Part shown: piece after piece, positions 1 through 9,300 of the stretch
How positions within the stretch are numbered: the stretch's first letter is position 1
Layout of the letters: every line of letters starts with the position of its first letter
Assembly (NCBI GenBank): GCA_027035825.1
Contig: JALVTX010000144.1
Location: forward strand, 1-35,263
DNA from: Mariprofundaceae bacterium
GTDB lineage: Bacteria > Pseudomonadota > Zetaproteobacteria > Mariprofundales > Mariprofundaceae
DNA: 35,263 nt
Direction: 5' to 3'
The notes under the pieces: model-generated
The model's input: only the letters and a program-made list of their open reading frames with translations
What the model was told of the DNA's origin: nothing
Database searches by the model: none
Position numbers and translations under genes: made by a program

Positions 1-129
1 CACTGGGCCGAGCTGCCGCACGAGCTGCTGGCGCGCGTGGCGGGCCGCATCATCAACGAGGTGCGCGGCATCAACCGCGTGGTGTACGACATCTCCGGCA
101 AGCCGCCGGCGACCATCGAGTGGGAGTGA
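1..129 (+). CDS. guaA: GMP synthase (glutamine-hydrolysing), 3' end only; 5' part lies outside the window
   Basis: Frame 1 is open from base 1 and reads [42 protein letters not shown], then TGA at 127-129. The ending ...[23 protein letters not shown] matches the conserved C-terminus of bacterial GuaA as I recall it from E. coli. Confidence 0.8.
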   Translation, partial: HWAELPHELLARVAGRIINEVRGINRVVYDISGKPPATIEWE

Positions 130-156
130 GTCCCGCCAATCCAGAGGAGAGGAAAC

Positions 157-867
157 ATGAAACGATTGCTGACATGCGCGGCCCTGGCGGCCGCTTTCGC
201 GGCCTGTTCGGCCGGGGGGAGCGGTCAGGCCACGGCCGCCGACGTGAAGCTGGACAACGACGAGGCGAAGCTCAGCTACGCCATAGGCATGGACGTGGGC
301 CAGTCGCTGGCGCACGCGGGCGCGAAGGTTGACCTGGACGCCTTCAATGCAGGCGTGGCGGCCATGGTGAAGGGCGAGAAGCCGAAACTCTCGGCCAAGG
401 AGGCGGCGGCGGCCAAGCAGGCCTTCTTCGCCAAGCAGCGCGAGAAGGCGATGAACGAGCGAAAGGAGCTGGGCATGAAGAACAAGCGCGAGGGCGAGAA
501 GTTCCTGGCCGAGAACGCGAAGAAGGCGGGCGTGAAGACCACGGCCAGCGGCCTGCAATACATGGTGCTGAAGATGGGCGACGGCCCCCGCCCCAAGGCC
601 ACCGATCGCGTGAAGGTGAATTACGAGGGTCGGCTGATTGACGGCACGGTGTTTGATTCCTCCTACAAGCGCGGCCAGCCGGTGACCTTCCCGCTGAACC
701 GCGTCATCAGGGGCTGGACGGAGGGCTTGCAACTGATGCCGGTGGGCAGCAAGTTCCGGCTGTTCCTGCCGCCGGAGCTGGCCTATGGCGAGCGCGGTGC
801 GGGCAGCGCCATTGGCCCGAATGCGACGTTGATCTTCGACGTGGAGCTGTTGGGCATCGAACAATAG
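157..867 (+). CDS. FKBP-type peptidyl-prolyl cis-trans isomerase (Mip/FkpA/FklB-like), exported
   Basis: 236-aa ORF with ATG at 157 preceded by GAGGAGAGG. N-terminal signal peptide MKRLLTCAALAAAFAAC with a possible lipobox Cys. Helical N-domain followed by an FKBP core (VKVNYEGRLIDGTVFDSS...VIRGWTEGLQLMPVGSKFRLFLPPELAYGERG...LIFDVELLGI). Confidence 0.92.
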   Translation: MKRLLTCAALAAAFAACSAGGSGQATAADVKLDNDEAKLSYAIGMDVGQSLAHAGAKVDLDAFNAGVAAMVKGEKPKLSAKEAAAAKQAFFAKQREKAMNERKELGMKNKREGEKFLAENAKKAGVKTTASGLQYMVLKMGDGPRPKATDRVKVNYEGRLIDGTVFDSSYKRGQPVTFPLNRVIRGWTEGLQLMPVGSKFRLFLPPELAYGERGAGSAIGPNATLIFDVELLGIEQ

Positions 868-878
868 ATGCTCCCATC

Positions 879-906
879 GCAAAAAGTCCGTCCGTGGACT
901 TTTTGC
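879..906. terminator. Rho-independent (bidirectional-looking) terminator hairpin after the FKBP gene
   Basis: Perfect 11-bp stem GCAAAAAGTCC (879-889) / GGACTTTTTGC (896-906) with a 6-nt loop GTCCGT. An A-run sits on the 5' arm and a T-run on the 3' arm, 12 nt past the stop codon. Confidence 0.75.
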
Positions 907-1134
907 TTGACGGGAAGCGACAATCCGGCAGGAAGCCGGATTGGACGCGCGCAGCGCGCCCGTAAGGGGGCGAGGCCAAGGATGGTCTCGCATCAAACGC
1001 GCGACTTTCGCTTCCCTCACAAATCCATCGCTTGGCTTCGCAAGCGCTGGATTTGCGCGGCCGTCCATGGCCGCGATGACGGTTTCTTGCGAAGCCGTTG
1101 GTAAACAGGCCAGATTGAGGGCGGAGGCTATGCA

Positions 1135-2502
1135 GTGTTTGATCGGCTGAGCGAAAAGCTGGGCGGCATCGCGGAGCGGCTGCGGGGCGCGGCGCGCGTT
1201 TCCGAGGCCGATCTCGACGCCACGTTGCGCGAGATGCGCATTGCGCTGTTGGAGGCGGACGTGGCCTTGCCGGTGGTGCGGCACTTGATGAGCGAGGTGC
1301 GCGAGCGGGCGCTGGGCGCGGAGGTGGCCAAGAGCCTCCAGCCCGGACAGGTCATCATCAAGATACTGCACGATGCGCTGGCCGAGGTGCTGGGCGGCGC
1401 GCGCCGCGAGCTGGACGTATCCCGCATTCCGGCCGTGGTGCTGCTGTGCGGCCTTCAGGGCGCGGGCAAGACCACGACCGCCGGCAAGCTGGCGCGGCTC
1501 CTGGCCGGGCAGGGGCGCAAGGTGGCGCTGACTAGCGTGGACGCCACCCGTCCCGCCGCGCGCGAGCAGCTCCAGGTGCTGGCCGGGCAGGTGGGCGTGC
1601 CCTACCTGCACGGCGAGGGCGGCGGCGCGGCGGCGATGGCGCGGGACGCGGTGCGCCAGGCGGGGCAAAGCGGCTGCCATGTGCTGATCCTGGACACCGC
1701 CGGCCGCCAGGTGGCGGACGAGGCGCTGATGGCCGAGATTCGCGAGGTGGCCGAGGCCGTGTCGCCCAGCGAGCGGCTGCTGGTGCTGGACTCGATGACC
1801 GGCCAGTCGGCGCTGCCCATCGCCGAGCAGTTCCATGCCGCGGTCGGGCTCACCGGCTGCATCCTGACCAAGACGGACGCCGACGTGCGCGGCGGCGCGG
1901 CGCTCTCGGTGGCGCATGTCACCGGCGTGCCGGTGCGCTACGTGGGCACGGGCGAGAAGCTGGACGCGCTGGAAACCTTCGATCCCGCGCGTTTCGCCGG
2001 CCGCATCCTCGGCCAGGGCGACGTGGTCGGCCTGGTGGAGAAGATCCAGACCAGCGTGGACAAGGCCAAGGCCGAGAAGCTGGCCCGGAAGGCCAAGAAG
2101 GGCGCCTTCGATCTGGACGATTTCGCCGACCAGCTCGGGCAGATGCAGAAGATGGGCGGCATGGGCGGGCTGCTGAAGATGCTGCCCGGCGCGAAACTGC
2201 CGCAGGAGGCGCTGGCGCAGCTGGACGACAAGCCCATCCGCCGCATGCAGGCCATCGTTTATTCGATGACGCCGAAGGAGCGGCGGTATCCGAAGATCAT
2301 CAACGGCAGCCGCAAGAAGCGGATCGCGCGCGGCGCCGGCGTCAGCGTGCAGGAGGTCAATCAACTGCTCAAGCAGTTCGCGCAGATGCAGAAGATGATG
2401 AAGAAGATGAAGGGCGGCAAGGGCCGCCGGATGCTGGCGCAGATGGCGGGGCGGCTTGGCGGCATGGGCGGCGGCATGCCGCCAGGGATGCCGGGGGCTT
2501 AG
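1135..2502 (+). CDS. ffh: Signal recognition particle protein Ffh
   Basis: 455 aa with a GTG start. N-terminus MFDRLSEKLGGI..., SRP54 G-domain motifs (GLQGAGKTTTAGKLA, DTAGR, TKTDADVRGGAALS) and a Met-rich M-domain (GQMQKMGGMGGLLKMLPG...QFAQMQKMMKKMKGG). Confidence 0.97.
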   Translation: MFDRLSEKLGGIAERLRGAARVSEADLDATLREMRIALLEADVALPVVRHLMSEVRERALGAEVAKSLQPGQVIIKILHDALAEVLGGARRELDVSRIPAVVLLCGLQGAGKTTTAGKLARLLAGQGRKVALTSVDATRPAAREQLQVLAGQVGVPYLHGEGGGAAAMARDAVRQAGQSGCHVLILDTAGRQVADEALMAEIREVAEAVSPSERLLVLDSMTGQSALPIAEQFHAAVGLTGCILTKTDADVRGGAALSVAHVTGVPVRYVGTGEKLDALETFDPARFAGRILGQGDVVGLVEKIQTSVDKAKAEKLARKAKKGAFDLDDFADQLGQMQKMGGMGGLLKMLPGAKLPQEALAQLDDKPIRRMQAIVYSMTPKERRYPKIINGSRKKRIARGAGVSVQEVNQLLKQFAQMQKMMKKMKGGKGRRMLAQMAGRLGGMGGGMPPGMPGA

Positions 2503-2513
2503 GCTTCCGGGCC

Positions 2514-4283
2514 GTGGCGGAGACGCGCGAAGGCTCGCTGATTGAGCAGACCGGCTCGGCGCCACGTGACGAGTCGCGGGAATCGCTGGAGCTCGTCCGA
2601 CATCTGTATCTCAATGGGCCGATCCCGATTCTGGCGAACATCGTGTCATCCTCCGTGCTGGCAGCCATGGTCTGGGATGACGTGGATGCCATCATCTGGG
2701 GATATTGGCTGGGCGCGCAAGTCATGCTCGCCTCCGTGCGCATGGGGCTGGTGCTGGCGTTCAAGCGCGACGAACGGAAAAGGACGCCCTCGTGGTGGGG
2801 AGGCTGGTTCGCCGTCGGAGCATTGTGTTCTGGCTGCTTGTGGGGTTTGCTGCCGCTGTTTGCGATGCAGACCGGCTCGACGTTCAACGTCCTGTCCATC
2901 ATGCTGGTCATGTATGGGATGATCTCGGGTTCCGTGGCTTCCAACAGCGCCGTCTATCCGGCCTATCTGGGATATGCCGTGCCAGCGGGGGGCGGCCTTG
3001 TTTTCCGTTTGGCCATGGAAGGGGGAGACTACGGGTATCTTTCGGGACTCATGGCGGTGTTTCTCCTGGTGAATCTCGCTTTTGCCTGGAATCACCGTTC
3101 GCTTGTCCGGTCGGTGATCCGAAAGCGTCTGGACAATGAACGGTTGCTGAAAGTTCTGGATGAACGAAGGCGTCAGGCCGAAAAGGCCAGCCGGGACAAG
3201 TCACGATTTCTCGCATCCGTCAGTCATGATCTGCGGCAGCCGCTGCACGCGCTCGATTTGTTCCACGGAAGCCTGGCGGGTCGGTTGAGCAGCGAGGATC
3301 AACGGGAGTTGTTGGAACTGGCGCGCCGATCCAGCCGCTCCCTGGCGGAAATGCTGGGTGAGTTGATGGATGTGGCGCGGCTGGACGCCGGCAAGGTCGA
3401 GGCGCGGGTCAGGAAGCTGCGGCTTGCGCCGCTGATGCGGGAATGCGTCGAGGAGTTGCGGCCACTGGCGGTTGGCAAGGAGCTGTCACTGCATTTGCGG
3501 ATTCCACGCGGCGTGTGCGTGGAAACGGATCCCGTGCTGCTCAAGCGCATCCTGCGCAACCTTCTCGCGAATGCCATTCAGCACACGGATACAGGCGGGG
3601 TGCTGGTGGGCGCGCGACGGCGCGGGAGCACGGTGCGCATCGAGGTGCACGACACGGGGCCGGGCATTGACGAGGAAAGCCTGGGCAAGGTGTTCGACGA
3701 GTTCTATCAGGTGCACAATCCCGAGCGCGACCGCGAGAAGGGACTGGGACTGGGGCTCGCCATCGTGCGGCGGTTGGCCGGGCTGCTTGGCTGCGAGGTG
3801 GAGGCGCGCAGCCGGCTCGGAAGGGGCTCGTGTTTCGCGGTAACCATGCCCGTGTGCGAGTCCCTGATGCCTTGCGAGGAGACGGATGTTGTCGGGGACG
3901 ATGCGTCCCTTGCCGGGTTGTTCGTCGTGGTGGTGGACGACGACCGGGCGATTCTGGAGGGGATGCGACGACGGCTGCGCGACTGGGGTTGCGAGGTGCT
4001 GCTGGCCGAGGGCGGGCGGGCGCTGATGGAGGAGCTGGGCAGCCATGCCTATCTCCAACCGGATTGGGTGATTTGCGATTACCGGCTGCGGGACGGCGAG
4101 ACGGGCCTGGATGTCGTGGCCGCCGTCCGGCGGCATTTCGGAGCTTCGTTGCCGGCCGCGATTGTCAGCGGCGACGTGCATCCAGATGTGCGGCGCGCCG
4201 CCGAGGCGGCCGGTTGCGTGTTCGTCGAGAAGCCGGTGGAAGAAGGAAGGTTGCGCGGCTTGCTGGCGTCCGCCGGCGATTGA
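2514..4283 (+). CDS. Membrane-bound hybrid sensor histidine kinase (multi-TM sensor, HisKA, HATPase_c, C-terminal receiver)
   Basis: 589 aa. About six hydrophobic helices lie in the first ~190 aa. H-box FLASVSHDLRQPLHAL, N-box NLLANAIQHT, G-boxes HDTGPGI and GLGLGLAIV. C-terminal REC domain (VVVVDDD...WVICDYRLRDGETG...IVSGD...EKP). The GTG start at 2514 is uncertain and an internal start is possible. Confidence 0.9.
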   Translation: MAETREGSLIEQTGSAPRDESRESLELVRHLYLNGPIPILANIVSSSVLAAMVWDDVDAIIWGYWLGAQVMLASVRMGLVLAFKRDERKRTPSWWGGWFAVGALCSGCLWGLLPLFAMQTGSTFNVLSIMLVMYGMISGSVASNSAVYPAYLGYAVPAGGGLVFRLAMEGGDYGYLSGLMAVFLLVNLAFAWNHRSLVRSVIRKRLDNERLLKVLDERRRQAEKASRDKSRFLASVSHDLRQPLHALDLFHGSLAGRLSSEDQRELLELARRSSRSLAEMLGELMDVARLDAGKVEARVRKLRLAPLMRECVEELRPLAVGKELSLHLRIPRGVCVETDPVLLKRILRNLLANAIQHTDTGGVLVGARRRGSTVRIEVHDTGPGIDEESLGKVFDEFYQVHNPERDREKGLGLGLAIVRRLAGLLGCEVEARSRLGRGSCFAVTMPVCESLMPCEETDVVGDDASLAGLFVVVVDDDRAILEGMRRRLRDWGCEVLLAEGGRALMEELGSHAYLQPDWVICDYRLRDGETGLDVVAAVRRHFGASLPAAIVSGDVHPDVRRAAEAAGCVFVEKPVEEGRLRGLLASAGD

Positions 4284-4284
4284 G

Positions 4285-4890
4285 TCAGCTGTTCAGCCCC
4301 AGGATTTCGCGCGCGCGAATGGCGGCCTGAACGCGGTTGTCCACGTTCAGAATATCGAGAATGCTCTTGACGTATTGCTTGACGGTCCCCTCGGTGTGGC
4401 CCGTTTTCTCCGCGATCTCGCGATTGGACAGCCCCTCGGCCAGCAGGCGCAGGATACGTAGCTGGCTCGGCGTGAAATCGTGGGGCGAGGCGCTGGCATC
4501 CTTGGGAAACGCATGCTGGCCTTGCAAGATGCGGTCAATGGCCCGGAGAATGGCGTTCGCGTTGGCGGACTTCGGAACGAACCCGTTGGCGCCCGCATCC
4601 CTGAGCGAGCGCGCCACGTATGGGTCATCGCTCGCCGATACCACAAGGAGGGGAATCTCGGGCCAGGAAGCCCGAATACTGCGGATGGCGGGCAACGGCT
4701 CCTCGCCGGGCATGCGGAAATCCAGGACAAGAATGTCGGGGTGGAGCCCTTCCGCAAGGCGCTTGCGCACTTCGGCATGGGAGGATGCGATATCCACTCG
4801 ACAACCCGGCCTTTCGGTTTGCAGCAGGTTGCTCATGCCTTCCCGAAACAGCGCGTGGTCATCCGCCCAAAGTATATGCATGCGTTCCAT
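4285..4890 (-). CDS. LuxR/NarL(FixJ)-family response regulator (REC + LuxR HTH)
   Basis: This is the C-terminal 201 codons of the 612-aa minus-strand ORF, starting at MERMHILWADDH (ATG at 4890). REC motifs: DD pair, ILVLDFRMPG, LLVVSAS, GFVPKS. LuxR HTH: LTPSQLRILRLLAEGLSNREIAEKTGHTEGTVKQYVKSILDILNV. The rest of the ORF upstream (4891-6123) is antisense to the TolC gene and is not coding. The alternative start MHILW is at 4881. Confidence 0.9.
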   Translation of the reverse strand: MERMHILWADDHALFREGMSNLLQTERPGCRVDIASSHAEVRKRLAEGLHPDILVLDFRMPGEEPLPAIRSIRASWPEIPLLVVSASDDPYVARSLRDAGANGFVPKSANANAILRAIDRILQGQHAFPKDASASPHDFTPSQLRILRLLAEGLSNREIAEKTGHTEGTVKQYVKSILDILNVDNRVQAAIRAREILGLNS

Positions 4891-4998
4891 CCCTTGACGA
4901 ATCCGAGGTGTGCTCAAGGCCGCCAGTCGGCGCTGCCCCGTCAATCTACTAACGAAAGTGAATAGTGCAACGTCGCGACCGCCTCCATAATAGCCGGT

Positions 4999-6351
4999 GT
5001 GAACTGGTGGGTGAGGAATACATTGGCATTGATGTCTGGCGCTTTCTGCCTGTGCGGCAGTTCCGGCGCCCTTGCGATGGGCGTGGAAGACGCCTTTCGG
5101 GCGGCCATGGATGGGGATCCGGGATTTCAGTCTTCCGAGGCAGCCATCGAGGTGGCCGAGGCGGGCAAGGCCAAGGCTTGGTCCCGTCTGCTGCCCGATG
5201 CGCGCGTGGAAGGGCGATTCGACCGCGTTGACCAGAATATTATCAGTTCGGACAACACGGTTTATGCGCTTGGCCATTCTCGCTACAACAAGGCATCGGC
5301 GGTGGGGCGGCTGATTCAGCCCGTGTTTCACTGGGATGCCATCAAGGGCATTGGCAAGGCCGCGCTGGTCGAGGAAAAGGTCCGCATTGAACGTCTGGAC
5401 GCCCGGTCGGACTTGGCCCTGCGCGTGGTGACGGCATATCTGGACGTGCTGTTTGCCGAGGATGACCTGGAACGGGCTCGTCGTGAGCGCGAGGCTGTCC
5501 GGGCGGAGCGGAATCGCATCGAGGCCCGCCATGCGTCCGGCCAGGCGTCTCGTGTGGAGCTGGAAGATGCGCGGGCGCGCGGCGAAATGGTGGAGGCGCT
5601 CCTGGTGCAGGCGCGGGATGCGCTTCAAGTGCGACGGGCGAACCTTGAGATGCTCGTTGGAACGCATGTGGACGAGTTGGAGCGGATGACCGACGAGGTG
5701 CAAATGTTGCGCGTGGATCCAATGGATGCCAAGGCATGGGTGGAGCGGGCTCTGAGCGGCAATCTCAAGGTCAGGGCTGCGATGCTTGGCGTGGAGATTG
5801 CCCGACGGGAAGTGGCCATCCAGCAAGCCGGCCACTTCCCGGTTCTGGACGCGGAGGCATCCTACGATTACCAGAAGACGACGGGATCGGTCTTCGGCGG
5901 CGGGAGCCGGGTTGGCACGATGGATTTGGCTCTGGTGCTCAAGGTGCCGCTGATATCCGGCGGGCGGGTGTTGGCGTCGACGCGGGAGGCGCGGGCTCGT
6001 CTTCGTCAGGCGGAATTGAGGCTGGAGCAGGCGCGCAGGCAGGCACGGAGGGATGTCCGGGATGCATTCGCGGGCGTTGTCAACGGTTTGGCCAAGCTGC
6101 GCGCGCTGAAGCGATCGGTGCAAGCTCAGGAGTTGTCGCTAAGGGTTCGGGAAAGGGGCGTGCGAGCCGGCCTGAATACGAGCGTGAAGGTTCTGGATGC
6201 ACGGCGGGACTTGTTCATTGTTCGGCGCGATTACGCCAGGGCGCGTTATGAGTACGTGAAACATTATCTTCGTCTGAAGCGGGCGGCGGGAGAACTTGAG
6301 GACAAGGACCTCAAGGCCGTGGACGGTTTGTTGCGGGGAGATGAATCATGA
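4999..6351 (+). CDS. TolC-family outer-membrane efflux/type I secretion protein
   Basis: 450 aa. Signal peptide ...AFCLCGSSGALA/MG. Two-fold repeated coiled-coil/OEP architecture with typical strings (AAIEVAEAGKAKAWSRLLPDARVEGRFD; VTAYLDVLFAEDDLERA; ARRDLFIVRRDYARARYEYVKHYLRLKRAAGEL). The GTG start at 4999 is uncertain. The stop TGA at 6349-6351 overlaps the next ATG (6348) as ATGA. Confidence 0.88.
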   Translation: MNWWVRNTLALMSGAFCLCGSSGALAMGVEDAFRAAMDGDPGFQSSEAAIEVAEAGKAKAWSRLLPDARVEGRFDRVDQNIISSDNTVYALGHSRYNKASAVGRLIQPVFHWDAIKGIGKAALVEEKVRIERLDARSDLALRVVTAYLDVLFAEDDLERARREREAVRAERNRIEARHASGQASRVELEDARARGEMVEALLVQARDALQVRRANLEMLVGTHVDELERMTDEVQMLRVDPMDAKAWVERALSGNLKVRAAMLGVEIARREVAIQQAGHFPVLDAEASYDYQKTTGSVFGGGSRVGTMDLALVLKVPLISGGRVLASTREARARLRQAELRLEQARRQARRDVRDAFAGVVNGLAKLRALKRSVQAQELSLRVRERGVRAGLNTSVKVLDARRDLFIVRRDYARARYEYVKHYLRLKRAAGELEDKDLKAVDGLLRGDES

Positions 6352-9300
6352 GGAGTTCGGTGTTTGCGCGGGTGGTCGAGGCCGTGAGACGGCGGTCGCG
6401 TCGCGGTCTGGCCGGGCGTCATGTTCGACTGGTGTTTGAGCCGCTGGAGGAGCGCCTTCTGCTGTCGGCGGATTTCGCGCCCCCGCCGCCGGATGCGCAG
6501 GGGCTCCGCGCCGCCCAGTGGGCGGCGTCGGTGGATGCCGCGCTTGGCGCGGGGCATCGGGATGCGGCGGTCGCGACGATGGCGCCGATGCATGAGGCGC
6601 TGACGAAGGTGCGGGAGAGTCGTGAAATTGTTTTCGTGGATCCGTCGGTGCGCGATTATCAGTCCCTTCTAAGCGGTTTAAGGCATGACGACAATGGCGC
6701 CCGGACGCTGGAAGTGGTGGTGCTGGATGCGGGCGCCGACGGCGTGGATCAGGTTTCACGGGTCTTGGCGGGCGCGCGGGGGCTTTCCGCCATTCATATC
6801 CTGTCGCATGGCGCCAGCGGCGCCGTGAAGCTGGGCGACTCCGCGCTCTCCTCGGCGAGCCTGGACGCGTACGCCCAGGCTGTGCGCGGCTGGGGCGAGG
6901 CGTTGAAGCCTGGCGGGGATATCCTGCTTTATGGGTGCAATGTGGCCTCGGGCCAGTCCGGCATCGCGTTCGTCAATCGCCTGGCGCATCTCAGCGGAGC
7001 GGACGTGGCGGCGTCCGATGACGTGACGGGCGGTCGAGGCTACGGCGACTGGAATCTGGAATATGCAACGGGCCGGATTGACGCGGCGCAGGCGTTCTCG
7101 GCGGCCGCGGAGGCTGGTTACGCGAATGCGTTGGGCTATGCCGTCAATCCGCCCGCAGGCACCGCTGTGGCCGCCAATCAGCAGGATGTATTCAAGTTTG
7201 ATGCAAACGGACTGTTGACGGCAGCCGGCGCGCCCATTGCCGGGCCGATCGATGGCCTGGGCGGGGCACCGGGCGCGCCCGACGTGCTGGATTTCAGCGC
7301 GTATGCGGGCAATCTGACCTTTACGATTCAGGGGGTGCCGGCCGGCGGCGCGGGGCCGGCGAGCGTAATCATTGCCGATGCGGCGGGGAACACGCTCACG
7401 GCCAACAACTTCGGCAAGATTATCGGCGGTTTGGGCAACGACACCTATGTATTCAATTCCGGCTGGGGCAATATCGTCATTCAGGACGCCGCGGGCGCCA
7501 ACAAGGCGGATTTTGCCGCAGTGGCAAGTCAGCTGACATCCACTGTGGGCGCGGGCACATTTACGCTGGCGGACGCCGCAGCACCGGCCAACACCGCGAC
7601 GCTGGATTCAGGCTTTGGGCTTAATCTTGATCTGACAGCCTACAAGACACAGATCAACAGCTACCTCGCCCAGCTTCAGAGTTTCGGTTCAACACTCGAC
7701 ACATTCGGCCAGTTCGCCAACGTCCTGCCCGGCATCAATCAATCATTGGGCACGGTGCTGAATGCGGCGGACATGCTGAAGCGGTTCCAGAATGATGTTT
7801 CCAATTATCTGGCCGCTCCTGGAACACCCAGCGGCAAACCGACCAGCGACGGGCTGGCCGCATTGTTGAACGGTCTGGCCGTGAATGCCACGCCCAACGG
7901 CCAGGGAACGATCTCGGGCGGCTACGGCCCGGTGGCATCCACGGTGAAGGTCGCGCCGGGCGGCGTGGAATTGGGATTTAATCTTGATTTCAATGTGACG
8001 CGCACGGCCAACTGGGCGGTGGATTTGGGTTCGAATGCCGCATTGCAGGGGATCAAGCTTCCCACGGTCAATGTGTCGGTGGGGGCCACATTCGATTTGA
8101 ATGCCATGCTGGGCATCCAGCTCAAGGCGACGCCGGCCGTATTCCTGGACGTGAACAATCTGAGCGGCAGCGCCAGCGTCAACGCGACCCTGAACGGATT
8201 CACGGTGGATTTCGGCTTTCTGACGGCTACCGCCAATGCCGGCGCATTCAATCTGTCGGCGGCGCTTCAGGCCGTTTTCAACGATCCCGCGGGCGATGGC
8301 GTCAACCGGCTGAGCCTGACCGAGCTGACCAATGCCGCGACGGCGCCTTCCTCGCTGATCGCCAGCTTCAATGCGCGCGGCGTAACCGTCACTGGCGCGG
8401 CGGACGCGGCGGGGACATCGCCCTCGTTCTCGTTCACCTTGCCGGTGACGGTGACGGGCGTGACGGGCGTTACAGGCGGAACGATTATCGCAACGCAAGC
8501 CAGCGTATTCAGCGGAAACGATCCGTCCGTATCCGTCACCAATGGCCTGACCGACTTCGGCAATATCGGCGCGGCGGACATGCTGGGCATGTTGCGGCAA
8601 CTGGATGGATGGCTGGCGCAGCTTTCCGGAACGTCCATCCTCAACCAGAAAGTGCCGATGACGCAAAACATCACGTTGGGCGATGTGCTGAACTTCGGCG
8701 TGGCGTTCAAGACCGATGTGGTGGACAAGCTCATCAAGCGGGACGCGCAGGGCAATCCGATTCTGGATGCCCAAGGCAACCAGCAGTTGACCTTTTCCAG
8801 CGCGCAGACATTGGCAAGCCGTTTGGGCAGCCTGCTTGGCGCCACGGTGACGGCCAATGTCATCGCCGCCACTGCGACGACGCCGAGGGAACTGCGCTAC
8901 CGGCTGAATTGGAGCCATGCCTTTGTGAACAGCAGCGTGCCGGCCAATTTCCAGTTGGACCTCGGCTCGCTGGCCGGCATTCAGTCCACGAGCAGCATTC
9001 CCATCACGGCGAACGCCACGCTGGGGTTTGATTTCGGCATTGCGCTGAATCCGAGCCGGACGCTGACCATCGCGCCGCCGAACTTTGTGCCCAATGCCAA
9101 TGTGGTTCCAGCCAACGGCCAGCTATCCGCGTCCGCCACATTCAACGTGACGCTGTTTGAAACCACGACAAAGACCGATGCCAATGGCGTGGTGACCAGC
9201 ACAACGCATGCGATGCCGCTGGTGAAGACCGTGACCGTGAACGCGGCGGATACGAACGGGACAACCGCCGGAACAACGGCCAATGCTTCCCCGCAAGATC

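Noticed and set aside
120-332. 70-aa ORF overlapping the guaA stop and the start of the FKBP gene
   Set aside because: It is out of frame with two well-supported genes. Its translation is Arg/Gly-rich low-complexity sequence, and it has no SD.
921-943. Hairpin CCGGC-AGGAA-GCCGG next to ffh as a possible SRP (4.5S) RNA fragment
   Set aside because: It only superficially resembles the GGAA-tetraloop helix of 4.5S RNA. The stem is perfectly paired and lacks the conserved symmetric and asymmetric internal loops. The flanks do not extend into a ~100-nt hairpin.
868-1150. Small ORFs 868-1104 (78 aa) and 941-1150 (69 aa) between the FKBP gene and ffh
   Set aside because: They overlap each other, the terminator hairpin and the ffh start. 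They have no SD, and their translations are Arg/Trp/Cys-rich and unlike real proteins.
4891-6123. N-terminal ~410 codons of the 612-aa minus-strand ORF 4285-6123
   Set aside because: Only the last 201 codons (from MERMHILW) look like a protein (REC + LuxR HTH). The upstream part is Arg/Pro/His-rich, lies antisense to the well-supported TolC gene and has no recognisable motif. It is a typical high-GC shadow ORF.
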